DNA of 64,000 nt from an uncultured Oscillospiraceae bacterium (lineage in GTDB: Bacteria; Bacillota; Clostridia; Peptostreptococcales; Anaerovoracaceae): the NCBI GenBank assembly GCA_964486295.1, contig CAZAMF010000011.1:494-64493 (forward strand). The letters run 5' to 3'. Positions 11,175-20,491 of the stretch are shown here, one piece after another. The notes under the pieces were generated by a model. That model ran no database searches, was not told the DNA's origin, and worked only from the letters and a program-made list of their open reading frames with translations. A program made the translations under genes and the position numbers. How positions within the stretch are numbered: position 1 is the stretch's first letter; the number at the start of each line of letters is the position of its first letter.

Positions 11175-11996
11175 ATGAGCAGAAACATCATCACCTTTTA
11201 TTTCAGCGGAACCGGAACGACCAGGAAGGTGGTTCAACAACTGGCGAAAAGCCTTGCCGACAAAATGGGCAAATCTGTGGAAATCAAAAATTTGGATTTT
11301 TCTCTGCCTGAAGTAAGAGAGAATACCCCGATCTTCAGTAAAGAAGATATCGTAATTGCAGGCGTGCCGGTTTATGCCGGAAGAGTCCCGAATGTTCTTT
11401 TGAAATATTTGAATACGATCCAAGGAAACGGGGCGCTTGCTGTTGCTGTCGTTCTATACGGCAACCGCAATTATGACGATGGGCTGATTGAATTGACTGA
11501 TATCCTTACTGAAAAAGGCCTCACAGTCATCGCGGCGGGCGCATTTATCGGTGAACATTCCTTTTCGAATATTCTTGCACAAGACCGCCCGGATGCAAGC
11601 GACATGGAAAAAGTTGAAGCGTTTGCAGGGGATATCTCTGCAAAAATGCTAAAAAATGAAGATTTTACAGCAATATCTGTGAAAGGTGAAAGGCCGTACA
11701 GAAAATATTACCAGCCTAGAGACCGATATGAAAATCCTTTTGACTTCAGATTGATCACCCCGAAGACAGATAAAGAACTTTGCACAGACTGCAAACATTG
11801 TGCGGAAATCTGCCCAATGGGTTCGATATCCTATGATGAACCATCTGTTTTGCAGGGAATATGCATTAAATGTTGTGCCTGTGTTAAAGATTGTCCGGCA
11901 GGAGCGAAATATTTTGATGACGAGAATTATAATAAACATAGACGGGAGCTGGAAGAAATTTATTTTGAACGCCGGGAACCGGAAATATTTGTTTGA
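11175..11996 (+). CDS. Flavodoxin-like domain fused to 2x[4Fe-4S] ferredoxin domain (EFR1-type)
   Basis: N-terminal FYFSGTGTTRKV flavodoxin-like loop. Two cluster motifs, CTDCKHCAEICP and CIKCCACVKDCP. Confidence 0.75.
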   Translation: MSRNIITFYFSGTGTTRKVVQQLAKSLADKMGKSVEIKNLDFSLPEVRENTPIFSKEDIVIAGVPVYAGRVPNVLLKYLNTIQGNGALAVAVVLYGNRNYDDGLIELTDILTEKGLTVIAAGAFIGEHSFSNILAQDRPDASDMEKVEAFAGDISAKMLKNEDFTAISVKGERPYRKYYQPRDRYENPFDFRLITPKTDKELCTDCKHCAEICPMGSISYDEPSVLQGICIKCCACVKDCPAGAKYFDDENYNKHRRELEEIYFERREPEIFV

Positions 11997-12071
11997 CCGT
12001 ACTTCTGATCCGGGATCCGGATAATATACATTAGTGATTAAAAATAAAAAGACTCACATGAGCGAATTAAA

Positions 12072-12106
12072 AACCCCGAATGCTTCGAAAGATTTGGGGT
12101 TTTGCT
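12072..12106 (+). terminator. Intrinsic terminator
   Basis: AACCCCGAAT..ATTTGGGGTT hairpin (one G-U) followed by TTTGCTTT. Confidence 0.6.
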
Positions 12107-12153
12107 TTATAATTTTCAAATGTAACTATGTTACAGAGAATTGTTCAGATTAA

Positions 12154-12270
12154 GGGTATATTATCGCATCGGAAGACACAATCACAAGCCAGGCCGGTGT
12201 TTTTGCCCCCGGAGATGTCGCAGTCGCTGCGATCACTGCAGAAAAGTATATAAGTTCAACCAAAAAATAG
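12154..12270 (+). pseudogene. Remnant of the C-terminus of a thioredoxin-reductase-like FAD/NAD(P) disulfide oxidoreductase
   Basis: Start-less frame reads ..TSQAGVFAPGDVAVAAITAEKYISSTKK*. This resembles the TrxB C-terminal GVFAAGDV...A..G..AA.....Y segment, and no upstream body is present. Confidence 0.5.
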
Positions 12271-12293
12271 GCGGATACTATGGCGGATCCACT

Positions 12294-12336
12294 AAGCCTG
12301 AAATTTTGACAAACGTTAAAATTTCAGGCTTTTCTG
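12294..12336 (+). terminator. Intrinsic terminator retained behind the gene remnant
   Basis: AAGCCTGAAATTTT-gacaaacgtt-AAAATTTCAGGCTT long perfect stem followed by TTTCTGT. Confidence 0.7.
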
Positions 12337-12512
12337 TATATTCAGCAAAGTATTTTTTCGGCGAGAAATCCACTAAAAGGTTTCAAACTATGTTGACTTT
12401 CGAGAATGCTTCTAGTAAACTTATTGAATGACAAAATTAGTGGTGTTGTTTCAATAGAAGCAACTTTTACTATAAACAAGCAATTATAGTATTAATGAAA
12501 GAGGTGTATTAA

Positions 12513-14930
12513 ATGTCTAAAAGAATGAAGGGTTTACTAGCGACATTATTTGTGCTATGTTTGCCAGCCACTTCGTATGCCAGTGAGGCCGATCTCGCAA
12601 TTCCGGTATTGAATTCATTTCAGACCACGCTGATCATGTTGGGAATCGGTATCAGTGTACTTGGCATGCTCTTCGGATTTTACCAGTTTAACAAGGTAAA
12701 GAAGTTGAGAGCGCATCAGAGTATGCTTGATGTAGCAAACACGATTTATGAAACATGTAAAACCTATCTGATCCAACAAGGAAAATTTCTTGCAATCTTA
12801 TTCGTATTTATCGGCGTATGTATCGCTTTCTATTTCGGATTTCTGGAAGGGAAAGGAATCGGCGGCGTAGGGATGATACTCTGCTGGACAATAGTCGGTA
12901 TATTGGGTTCATATGGAGTATCTTGGTATGGAATCAGAATGAATACAATGGCTAACAGCCGTATGGCATTCGCTTCCCTGGAAGGTAAACCAATTAAACT
13001 TTTAAACATTCCTTTAGATGCCGGAATCAGCATCGGCGTACTGTTGGTCTGCGTCGAACTGTTCATGATGCTGACGATTTTGATCTTTATCCCGAGAGAC
13101 CTTGCTGGCGCAAGCTTTATCGGATTTGCCATAGGTGAATCTTTGGGCGCTTCCGCTCTGAGAATAGCAGGCGGAATATTTACGAAGATCGCGGATATCG
13201 GTTCGGACCTGATGAAAATCTTCTTCCAGATCGATGAAGACGATCCGAGAAACCCAGGTGTTATTGCCGACTGTACAGGAGACAATGCCGGAGACAGCGT
13301 TGGCCCTACAGCTGACGGTTTTGAGACTTATGGTGTAACAGGCGTTGCTCTGGTATCCTTTATCGTCCTTGGTGCTGTTGTAGAATTCCAGACGGATCTG
13401 CTTGTATGGATATTTACAATGCGTGTGCTGATGATCCTGACATCTATCGGAGCATATTATATTAATAATGCCTACACCAGCATGAAATACCAGAATGCGA
13501 CAGATATGGATTTCGAAGAACCGTTATCCACATTGATCTGGATCACTTCGATTCTGTCGATCATTGCCACTTTTGGCGTAAGCTTCTTCCTGCTGGGACC
13601 TGGAACAACTTTTGCCGAATCCGGTGCTAACCTTTGGGCAGTACTTGCAACGATCATAAGCTGCGGTACGGTTGGAGGCGCTTTGATCCCTGAATTCACA
13701 AAAATATTCACCAGCCCGAAATCCAAACATGTTAACGAAGTTGTGAACTCTTCAAGAGAAGGCGGCGCTTCCCTCAATATTTTATCCGGATTGGTAGCTG
13801 GAAACTTCAGCTCTTTCTGGATGGGTATGGTATTCCTGCTTTTGATGTTTATTGCGAACTTTGTAAGCGGATTCGGACTTGCCGATATCATGATGTATCC
13901 TTCCATTTTCGCTTTCGGTCTGGTTGCTTTTGGACTTCTTGGAATGGGACCGGTAACAATAGCTGTAGACAGCTACGGCCCTGTTACAGACAATGCTCAG
14001 TCCATTTACGAACTTTCATTGATTGAAAAAATCGACGGCGTCGATAAAGAAATCGAGAGAGACTTCGGCTTCAAGCCTAATTTTGAAGTGGCAAAGCATT
14101 TCCTGGAAGCCAATGACGGCGCAGGCAATACATTCAAGGCAACCGCAAAACCGGTGTTGATCGGTACTGCTGTAGTGGGAGCGACAACGATGATATTCTC
14201 CCTGATCCTGGTTATCGACAAAGTACTGGGAATAAAACCGGAAGAAATATTGAATCTGCTGAATCCTTATACAATACTCGGATTCATATGCGGCGGCGCC
14301 ATTATCTATTGGTTCACCGGAGCTTCTCTGCAGGCAGTTACTGCCGGCGCATATAAAGCAGTTGAATATATTAAAGAAAATATACGTCTTGATGAGACTG
14401 CCGACTTAAAAGCCTCCACTGCAAAATCCAAGGAAGTCGTTAAGATCTGCACGCAATATGCTCAAAGCGGAATGCTCAATATCTTCATCACCCTGTTCTG
14501 CTTTACGCTGGCATTTGCATTTTTCTCGGCACCGGCAAGAGGTGTTGAATCCGTATCGTTCTTTATTTCGTACTTGATCTCCATTGCAGTATTCGGACTT
14601 TTCCAGGCTATTTTCATGGCCAATGCCGGCGGATGCTGGGATAATGCAAAGAAGGTCGTTGAAGTTGATCTGAAGCAGAAGGGAACCCCTCTTCACGATG
14701 CCACTATCGTTGGCGATACCGTTGGCGATCCGTTCAAGGACACTTCTTCCGTTGCATTGAACCCGATCATCAAGTTCACCACCCTGTTCGGAATGCTCAC
14801 TATGGAAATCGCTATTACTGAAGCATTCAGGAATATCGCTCCAATCATCGGACTTGTTTTCTTCGCCATAGGGCTGGTGTTCGTTTACCGCTCCTTCTAT
14901 TCAATGCGTATCAAACGTACCAACGTGTAG
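12513..14930 (+). CDS. hppA: Membrane-integral pyrophosphatase (M-PPase), divergent long form
   Basis: 805 aa and polytopic. Motifs GDNAGD, DNAKKVVE and GDTVGDPFKDTSSVALNPIIKF. GNTFKATAK carries Lys at the K+-dependence position. Confidence 0.9.
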   Translation: MSKRMKGLLATLFVLCLPATSYASEADLAIPVLNSFQTTLIMLGIGISVLGMLFGFYQFNKVKKLRAHQSMLDVANTIYETCKTYLIQQGKFLAILFVFIGVCIAFYFGFLEGKGIGGVGMILCWTIVGILGSYGVSWYGIRMNTMANSRMAFASLEGKPIKLLNIPLDAGISIGVLLVCVELFMMLTILIFIPRDLAGASFIGFAIGESLGASALRIAGGIFTKIADIGSDLMKIFFQIDEDDPRNPGVIADCTGDNAGDSVGPTADGFETYGVTGVALVSFIVLGAVVEFQTDLLVWIFTMRVLMILTSIGAYYINNAYTSMKYQNATDMDFEEPLSTLIWITSILSIIATFGVSFFLLGPGTTFAESGANLWAVLATIISCGTVGGALIPEFTKIFTSPKSKHVNEVVNSSREGGASLNILSGLVAGNFSSFWMGMVFLLLMFIANFVSGFGLADIMMYPSIFAFGLVAFGLLGMGPVTIAVDSYGPVTDNAQSIYELSLIEKIDGVDKEIERDFGFKPNFEVAKHFLEANDGAGNTFKATAKPVLIGTAVVGATTMIFSLILVIDKVLGIKPEEILNLLNPYTILGFICGGAIIYWFTGASLQAVTAGAYKAVEYIKENIRLDETADLKASTAKSKEVVKICTQYAQSGMLNIFITLFCFTLAFAFFSAPARGVESVSFFISYLISIAVFGLFQAIFMANAGGCWDNAKKVVEVDLKQKGTPLHDATIVGDTVGDPFKDTSSVALNPIIKFTTLFGMLTMEIAITEAFRNIAPIIGLVFFAIGLVFVYRSFYSMRIKRTNV

Positions 14931-14954
14931 TAAAACATTTTAAGAATAAAACTA

Positions 14955-14994
14955 ACGGGCTGTATCGATTTGAATCGATACAGCCCGTTTTTTA
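14955..14994. terminator. Bidirectional intrinsic terminator between convergent genes
   Basis: ACGGGCTGTATCGAT-ttga-ATCGATACAGCCCGT perfect stem, flanked by an A-rich run upstream and a T run downstream. Confidence 0.85.
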
Positions 14995-15024
14995 GTATGG
15001 GACCTTAGTGCAATATATTTGTTT

Positions 15025-17544
15025 TTAGATGAACAGATTGACGTTGGATTCTTCTGCATCTCCGAGATAGGAAGCGACTCCACCAAGTTCCACACCATCG
15101 ATCAACTCTTCTTTAGTGATCCCCATGATGTCCATGGACATCGTGCAGGCAATGAGCTTCACGCCGTTGGCCATGGCCTGCTGCATGAGTACCTCAAGGG
15201 AATTGACATTTTTATCTTTCATGACCTTTTTCATCATAGTGGTTCCCATGCCGCCCATGTTCATGTTTGAAAGTGTAAGCTTGGATGTGCCCTGCGGCAT
15301 CATCGCTCCAAACATTTTTTCGATCAGTGTTTTATTAATGTTCACTTTTTCAGACCTTCTTAAAGCGTTCAGCCCCCAGAAAGTGAAGAACATGGTGACC
15401 GGCCTTCCCATTGCCGCCGCGCCGTTTGCGATGATGAAGGAGGCAAGAACCTTATCAAGATCCCCGCTGAACACGATGATCGTCTTCCCCTGAGGCAAAG
15501 CAGCGGTCGGAGCCGGACTTGGATGTGCTGTTGAAGACACCGGCTGATAAGCGCCGCTTTCTACCAAACCCTTTTTGATCCAGACGATATTTTCTTTGCC
15601 CTTTCTTTCTGTTTTGAGGAGGGTATTGCCCGTTCTTCTGCACCAGGCTTCGACATCTCTCGAGAACCCCATATCCGTTGCAGAAACCTGCAGCACTTCG
15701 CCATCGAACATCGATTTGAGCACCTCGTTGACTTTCATGATCGGGCCGGGACACTGAAGACCGCTGCAGTTCAATATCTTGATTTCAGCGACGACCTCTG
15801 ACTTGGCCTCAACTTCATTGCCGGTATCTGTAAATGCCGGAGTCACAGTCACCCCGGAATCACTCTTTAAATCCAGATAGTGACCGGATTTGTAGAAAGT
15901 CGTTCCGCCGGAAAGAACCTTAACATCTTTAAAACCGTTCTGCATCAGAATTCTTGCGGCATTATAGGACCTGACGCCGATAGCGCAGTAAACCATAATA
16001 GATTTGTTTTTATCAAGCTCGCCGATCCGTTTGCGCAATTGCCCCAAAGGGATGTGATAGGAACCCGGGATACTATAGACGATTCTTTCCATATCTTCGC
16101 CGACATCGAGGATCAGATGCTCCTGGCCACCGGCCGCAGCAATTTTATCCATCTCCGAATACTCAACAAATGAAACCAATTTCTTCAAAATATTTTCGGC
16201 GACAAATCCCAACATGTTCACCGGATCTTTAGCGGAGGAGAATGGCGGCGCATATGCAAGCTCCAGCTCTTCCAGATCGTAGATGGTTCCGCCCATCCTC
16301 ATGGTGACAGCCAGTGTATCGATTCTTTTATCAACACCTTCCTGCCCGACACCCTGAGCGCCGAGGATGCGGCCGTCTGCATCGAATATCATTTTCAATG
16401 TTAATGGAGTTGCCTGAGGATAATAGCCCGCATGGGATTTCTGATTGATCAGAGCGGTGAAATAATCAGTCCCCTTGACTTTGCCGGAAGCAATCAGCGC
16501 TTTTTCATTCACTCCGGTGCTTGCTGCGGCCAAATCAAACACCTTGGCAATGGAAGTGCCTTGCGTGCCATTATAGGTTTCTTTGCCTCCAACGATATTA
16601 TTGGCACAGATCCTGGCCTGCTTGTTTGCCGGACCTGCCAGCGGAATCATAGCCGGAGTTTTCAGGACAAAATTTTCTACTTCGATGGCATCACCTACTG
16701 CAAAAATATCGGGTTTTGATGTCCTCAAGTGAGCGTCCACCTTGATGCCGCCTTTTTCGTTTAAGTCAAGACCTGCATTTTTAGCAAGCACGCTATTTGG
16801 TTTGACTCCGATGGATAATATGACAAGATCTGTTTCCACCACTGTACCGCTCTTGAGTTTGATGGATGTTGCTCCGTTTTTATCTTCAAAAGATTCGACC
16901 CCATCTCCCAGTATCAGCTCAACGCCATTCATATCCATATTTTCGTGTATGAGCTGAGCCATTTCGTAGTCAAGAGGAGCCATGACCTGATTCAGCATTT
17001 CGATGACGGTCACTTTAGCGCCGGCTTCATGCAGGTTTTCAGCCATTTCCAGCCCAATAAATCCTCCGCCGATTACAGCAGCTCTTTTTGGTTGACGTTC
17101 CTGGATAAAGGTTTTGATGGTGTCGGTGTCCGGGATGGTCCATAAAGTGAAAATATTCGGTCCGTCGATACCCGGAATAGGGGGCTTGAGAGGCGAAGAA
17201 CCGGTTGCGATCACCAGTGTGTCGTAGCCGATTGTGTATTCATTTCCAACCTTGAGATCTTTGACTGAAACCGTCTTGGATTCCGGATCGATTTTAGTCA
17301 CTTCATTTGCTGTGCGTACATCGATATTGAATTTCTGCTTCATCGCTTCGGGTGTCTGCAGCAGAAGCGCGTCCCTACTTTGAATGACCCCACCGATGTA
17401 ATACGGAAGCCCGCAGTTTGCATAAGAAATATAATCGCCTCTTTCGAGTACGACGATTTCCATGTCTTCGTCAAGTCTTCTGAGCCTTGCAGCAGTTGTG
17501 GCGCCTCCGGCGACACCGCCGATGATCACTGTTTTTTTGGCCAT
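15025..17544 (-). CDS. Four-domain fusion: CoA-disulfide/persulfide reductase + rhodanese + TusA-like + DsrE/DrsE-like
   Basis: 839 aa. GGVAGG FAD fold and redox Cys in SYANCGLPYYIGG. Rhodanese loop YCAIGVRS. TusA motif LQCPGPIMKV. C-terminal DsrE-like GKTIIVFSGDLDKV...ACTMSMD. Confidence 0.85.
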   Translation of the reverse strand: MAKKTVIIGGVAGGATTAARLRRLDEDMEIVVLERGDYISYANCGLPYYIGGVIQSRDALLLQTPEAMKQKFNIDVRTANEVTKIDPESKTVSVKDLKVGNEYTIGYDTLVIATGSSPLKPPIPGIDGPNIFTLWTIPDTDTIKTFIQERQPKRAAVIGGGFIGLEMAENLHEAGAKVTVIEMLNQVMAPLDYEMAQLIHENMDMNGVELILGDGVESFEDKNGATSIKLKSGTVVETDLVILSIGVKPNSVLAKNAGLDLNEKGGIKVDAHLRTSKPDIFAVGDAIEVENFVLKTPAMIPLAGPANKQARICANNIVGGKETYNGTQGTSIAKVFDLAAASTGVNEKALIASGKVKGTDYFTALINQKSHAGYYPQATPLTLKMIFDADGRILGAQGVGQEGVDKRIDTLAVTMRMGGTIYDLEELELAYAPPFSSAKDPVNMLGFVAENILKKLVSFVEYSEMDKIAAAGGQEHLILDVGEDMERIVYSIPGSYHIPLGQLRKRIGELDKNKSIMVYCAIGVRSYNAARILMQNGFKDVKVLSGGTTFYKSGHYLDLKSDSGVTVTPAFTDTGNEVEAKSEVVAEIKILNCSGLQCPGPIMKVNEVLKSMFDGEVLQVSATDMGFSRDVEAWCRRTGNTLLKTERKGKENIVWIKKGLVESGAYQPVSSTAHPSPAPTAALPQGKTIIVFSGDLDKVLASFIIANGAAAMGRPVTMFFTFWGLNALRRSEKVNINKTLIEKMFGAMMPQGTSKLTLSNMNMGGMGTTMMKKVMKDKNVNSLEVLMQQAMANGVKLIACTMSMDIMGITKEELIDGVELGGVASYLGDAEESNVNLFI

Positions 17545-17664
17545 TTTGTTTAACCTCCATTTTATAAATATACAAATTGAATGTTTGATTTTGTGTTATT
17601 ATACCCCGAATAATCATATACGTAAGTGACAACATCACATTCGTGAAAAAATAATCATAGGGAA

Positions 17665-17696
17665 TAAAAAACCGGCATCGCTTCGCCGATACCGGT
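17665..17696 (-). terminator. Probable terminator of the lipoprotein gene
   Basis: ACCGG(T/C)ATCG..CGAT ACCGGT imperfect hairpin. The A run on the + strand gives a T run on the - strand. Confidence 0.45.
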
Positions 17697-17708
17697 CCGG
17701 GTTATGGC

Positions 17709-18239
17709 CTATGGGATATATTGTTGAGTCACCAATACAACTTCATTTTTCATCACATAAAAGTAAAATAATTGGAAATCCTGATATTCCGGATTGGAGG
17801 TGCCGAATTCGTTTCTGTCAGCCTGGAGCGCGTCAATAAACTGTTTGGGATGTTCGTACAATACAGCTTTGGCACTGTCTCCTCCCGGGTAGAACACGAC
17901 TCTGGCATCGGAAGCAAGATAAAGATCATAAGTCAGATTCCGATCCGCAATATAGAATCCGTTGGGTTGGTTCGGATCGGTTACAAACTGCTTTTCGTCG
18001 ACGGTGATCATGTAGCTTCCATCCCCGTTGTCTGTAATATTTTCGATCCTGCCGAATTTTTTATCAGCGCCATCGCGGACCAGCTGTTGTGCATAATCAG
18101 TGGTCAGGTACTCCACGGTGAGATCGGGCTCTACATAAGTGTTTCCGATAAGGCCAGATTTGCTGCACCCTGCGAAAACCATTACTGATAATACGATCAA
18201 TAAAAGAATTAGTACTTGCCTGGATCTGCCGACTTTCAT
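17709..18239 (-). CDS. Lipoprotein of unknown function
   Basis: Start moved to MKVGRSRQVLILLLIVLSVMVFAGC (lipobox FAGC), preceded by GGGAGGA RBS. The ORF-track start at 18317 lacks an RBS. Confidence 0.7.
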   Translation of the reverse strand: MKVGRSRQVLILLLIVLSVMVFAGCSKSGLIGNTYVEPDLTVEYLTTDYAQQLVRDGADKKFGRIENITDNGDGSYMITVDEKQFVTDPNQPNGFYIADRNLTYDLYLASDARVVFYPGGDSAKAVLYEHPKQFIDALQADRNEFGTSNPEYQDFQLFYFYVMKNEVVLVTQQYIP

Positions 18240-18480
18240 GATACTTATCCTCCCTGCCCACATGAAATACTCTTTAAGAGGGTGGTTCTTCACCCAAAAA
18301 CCATGGCTTTTATTCATTTTATTGCATTAATTATATTTATTATATATATAACATAAATAGTTGCAAAAAAGCAAACTTGTAATTCGCGTTACTTAATATA
18401 GGAGGCTGTAGGGAATAAACACACAATATCTAGTAAAAAAGGCCAAAATAACGAGTAATGGCCAAAAAAAACCGAACGAA

Positions 18481-18549
18481 ATGGAGTAAATAGTCTAGAA
18501 ATTGGAGTGAGATTGTTGCAAAGTGGAGTGCAATGGTGTAAAGTGGTAT
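18481..18549 (+). promoter_or_regulatory. Candidate MraZ operator: five phased NTGG(A/T)(G/A)T direct repeats overlapping a TTGCAA-17-TAAAGT promoter
   Basis: Repeats start at 18481, 18502, 18523, 18533 and 18543, giving spacings of 21, 21, 10 and 10 bp. They lie immediately upstream of mraZ. Confidence 0.5.
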
Positions 18550-18580
18550 CACTACCATACTATATTTTGGAGGAAACCCG

Positions 18581-19012
18581 ATGCTAATGGGTAAATACCA
18601 AAACTCAATAGATTCCAAATACAGGATGATCATCCCTTCGAAGTTCCGGGAGCAGCTTGGCTACACCTGTGTGCTGACCAGAGGGATTGATAGCTGTCTC
18701 TATATTTATCCGGCTCCGGAGTGGGAAATGCTGATGGGCAAATTGTCGAACCTGCCTATGAGTGATCCGGATGCCAGGGCTTTCGTAAGACACTTTTACG
18801 CCAACGCTGTAGAGTGCGACATTGACAGACAGGGAAGGATGACGATCCCGCAGGAGCTACGTGACTGGGCAGGCATCAAAAAGGAACTGATCACGGTGGG
18901 ACTTCTTGATAAAATTGAAATTTGGAGCAAGGACAACTGGGAAGACGCGAACAACAAAACAGAGCTTGAGCAGAGTGACTTCGCAAAGAAGATGATTGAG
19001 TATGGAATTTAA
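18581..19012 (+). CDS. mraZ: Transcriptional regulator MraZ
   Basis: 143 aa. Duplicated SpoVT/AbrB-like halves with DSKYRMIIP and DRQGRMTIP motifs. First gene of the dcw cluster. Confidence 0.95.
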   Translation: MLMGKYQNSIDSKYRMIIPSKFREQLGYTCVLTRGIDSCLYIYPAPEWEMLMGKLSNLPMSDPDARAFVRHFYANAVECDIDRQGRMTIPQELRDWAGIKKELITVGLLDKIEIWSKDNWEDANNKTELEQSDFAKKMIEYGI

Positions 19013-19949
19013 ACACACATCGGTTTTATATGAAGAAGCAATCGAAAGCCTCAACATAAAACCGGAAGGTATTTATGTGGATGGAACACTTGGCGGCGGC
19101 GGACATGCAGCCGGCATATGCGAAAGATTGAACGATCAGGGTATATTCATCGGCATTGACCGGGATCGTGACGCAATAGTCGCAGCAACAAAGAGGCTTC
19201 AGCCGTATGGATGCCGGAAAATATTTGTACAGAGTAATTACGCAGAAATAAAGGCGATTTTGCAAGGGCTCGAAATAGATAAAATTGACGGAGCATTGCT
19301 GGACCTGGGAGTCTCATCTTTCCAGCTGGATCAAGTTCATCGCGGATTTTCCTACATGAATGAAGCACCGCTGGATATGCGAATGAATTCAGAGGACCCG
19401 GTCACAGCTTATGACGTAGTCAATAATTATAGCCAGGAAGAACTCACGAGAATCATTAAAGAGTACGGTGAAGAACGATGGGCTTCGAGAATCGCAGCAT
19501 TCATCGTTAAAGCCAGAGAAAAATCCGCTATCAGCACCACAACTGAACTGGTAGAGATCATCAAAGCAGCGATCCCGGCTTCAGCCAGGAGAGAGGGACC
19601 ACATCCGGCAAAGCGGACATTTCAGGCGATCAGAATAGAAGTCAACGATGAATTGGGCCAACTGGAAAAAGCAGTAACCGAATTTTGCGACGTTCTTGGC
19701 GACAGCGGGCGGCTGGCAATCATCACCTTCCATTCCCTGGAGGACAGAATCGTAAAGGAAACATTCAATAAGAGACTGAATCCATGCACTTGCCCAAAAG
19801 AATTCCCGATCTGTGTATGCGGGAAAACAGCGGATATCAGCAAAATCACAAAAAAACCCGTATCGCCTTCCGAACGGGAAGTGCAGGAAAATCCAAGAGC
19901 CAGAAGCGCCAAATTAAGAGTAATTGAAAAAATAGGGGGTCGCATATGA
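19002..19949 (+). CDS. rsmH: 16S rRNA (cytosine1402-N4)-methyltransferase RsmH
   Basis: HTSVL N-terminus, SAM motif DGTLGGGGH and FHSLEDR motif. ATG 19002 preferred over TTG 18996. Confidence 0.95.
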   Translation: MEFKHTSVLYEEAIESLNIKPEGIYVDGTLGGGGHAAGICERLNDQGIFIGIDRDRDAIVAATKRLQPYGCRKIFVQSNYAEIKAILQGLEIDKIDGALLDLGVSSFQLDQVHRGFSYMNEAPLDMRMNSEDPVTAYDVVNNYSQEELTRIIKEYGEERWASRIAAFIVKAREKSAISTTTELVEIIKAAIPASARREGPHPAKRTFQAIRIEVNDELGQLEKAVTEFCDVLGDSGRLAIITFHSLEDRIVKETFNKRLNPCTCPKEFPICVCGKTADISKITKKPVSPSEREVQENPRARSAKLRVIEKIGGRI

Positions 19950-20380
19950 TTGCTGCGGAAAAGTGGTATGAATATCAGAAACAATATAAAAAATACAGTT
20001 TTGATATGAAACCGCCGGAAAAAGCGATTGTAAAAGAAAAGAAAAAGTCGCTGACAACACCAAAAGACCGAGTGATGCTGATGCTTCTGACTATTCTGGC
20101 AGGAGTAATATGTATAGGAATGATTATATCCACAGCCTTTTCAGCGAGCATAAAGTATGATATAAATACAGTAATAAAAGAAAATGCTGTTATTCAAGGG
20201 GAAATCGAAAATCTGAACGTGAAGATCAAAAGCGCGGTCAATATCGGAACGATCGAAGAGAGAGCGACCCAAGAGTTGGGCATGATTTATCCGGATGTCA
20301 CGCAGTTCAAATATCTGGATAATGAAGCGAAAGCTCCTCAGAATTTTGCCTCAATAATAAAAGAAGCCGCATACAACTGA
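19946..20380 (+). CDS. ftsL: FtsL-like cell division protein
   Basis: 144 aa, basic N-terminus, single TM, then a coiled-coil-like region. Positioned between rsmH and the PBP; ATGA overlap with rsmH. Confidence 0.7.
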   Translation: MIAAEKWYEYQKQYKKYSFDMKPPEKAIVKEKKKSLTTPKDRVMLMLLTILAGVICIGMIISTAFSASIKYDINTVIKENAVIQGEIENLNVKIKSAVNIGTIEERATQELGMIYPDVTQFKYLDNEAKAPQNFASIIKEAAYN

Positions 20381-20491
20381 ATGCGGCCGGAATTGAATAT
20401 CAGAGAAACCAGACAACTTAATTAAACCAGATTGAGGTGTACTGGTTTTTATTAATATTTCGGACAAATTTCAACATAGAAAGCTGATCAA

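Noticed and set aside
12141-12431. 96-aa + strand ORF in the flavodoxin-hppA intergenic region
   Set aside because: It is Arg/Cys-rich, lacks an RBS, and runs straight through the gene-remnant stop and a strong terminator hairpin. The region is better explained as a decayed trxB-like remnant in another frame.
20434-20458. AACCAG..CTGGTT hairpin with T run between ftsL and the PBP gene
   Set aside because: It is a weak 6-bp stem with a large loop inside the dcw operon. It may be a partial attenuator, but the support is insufficient to annotate it.
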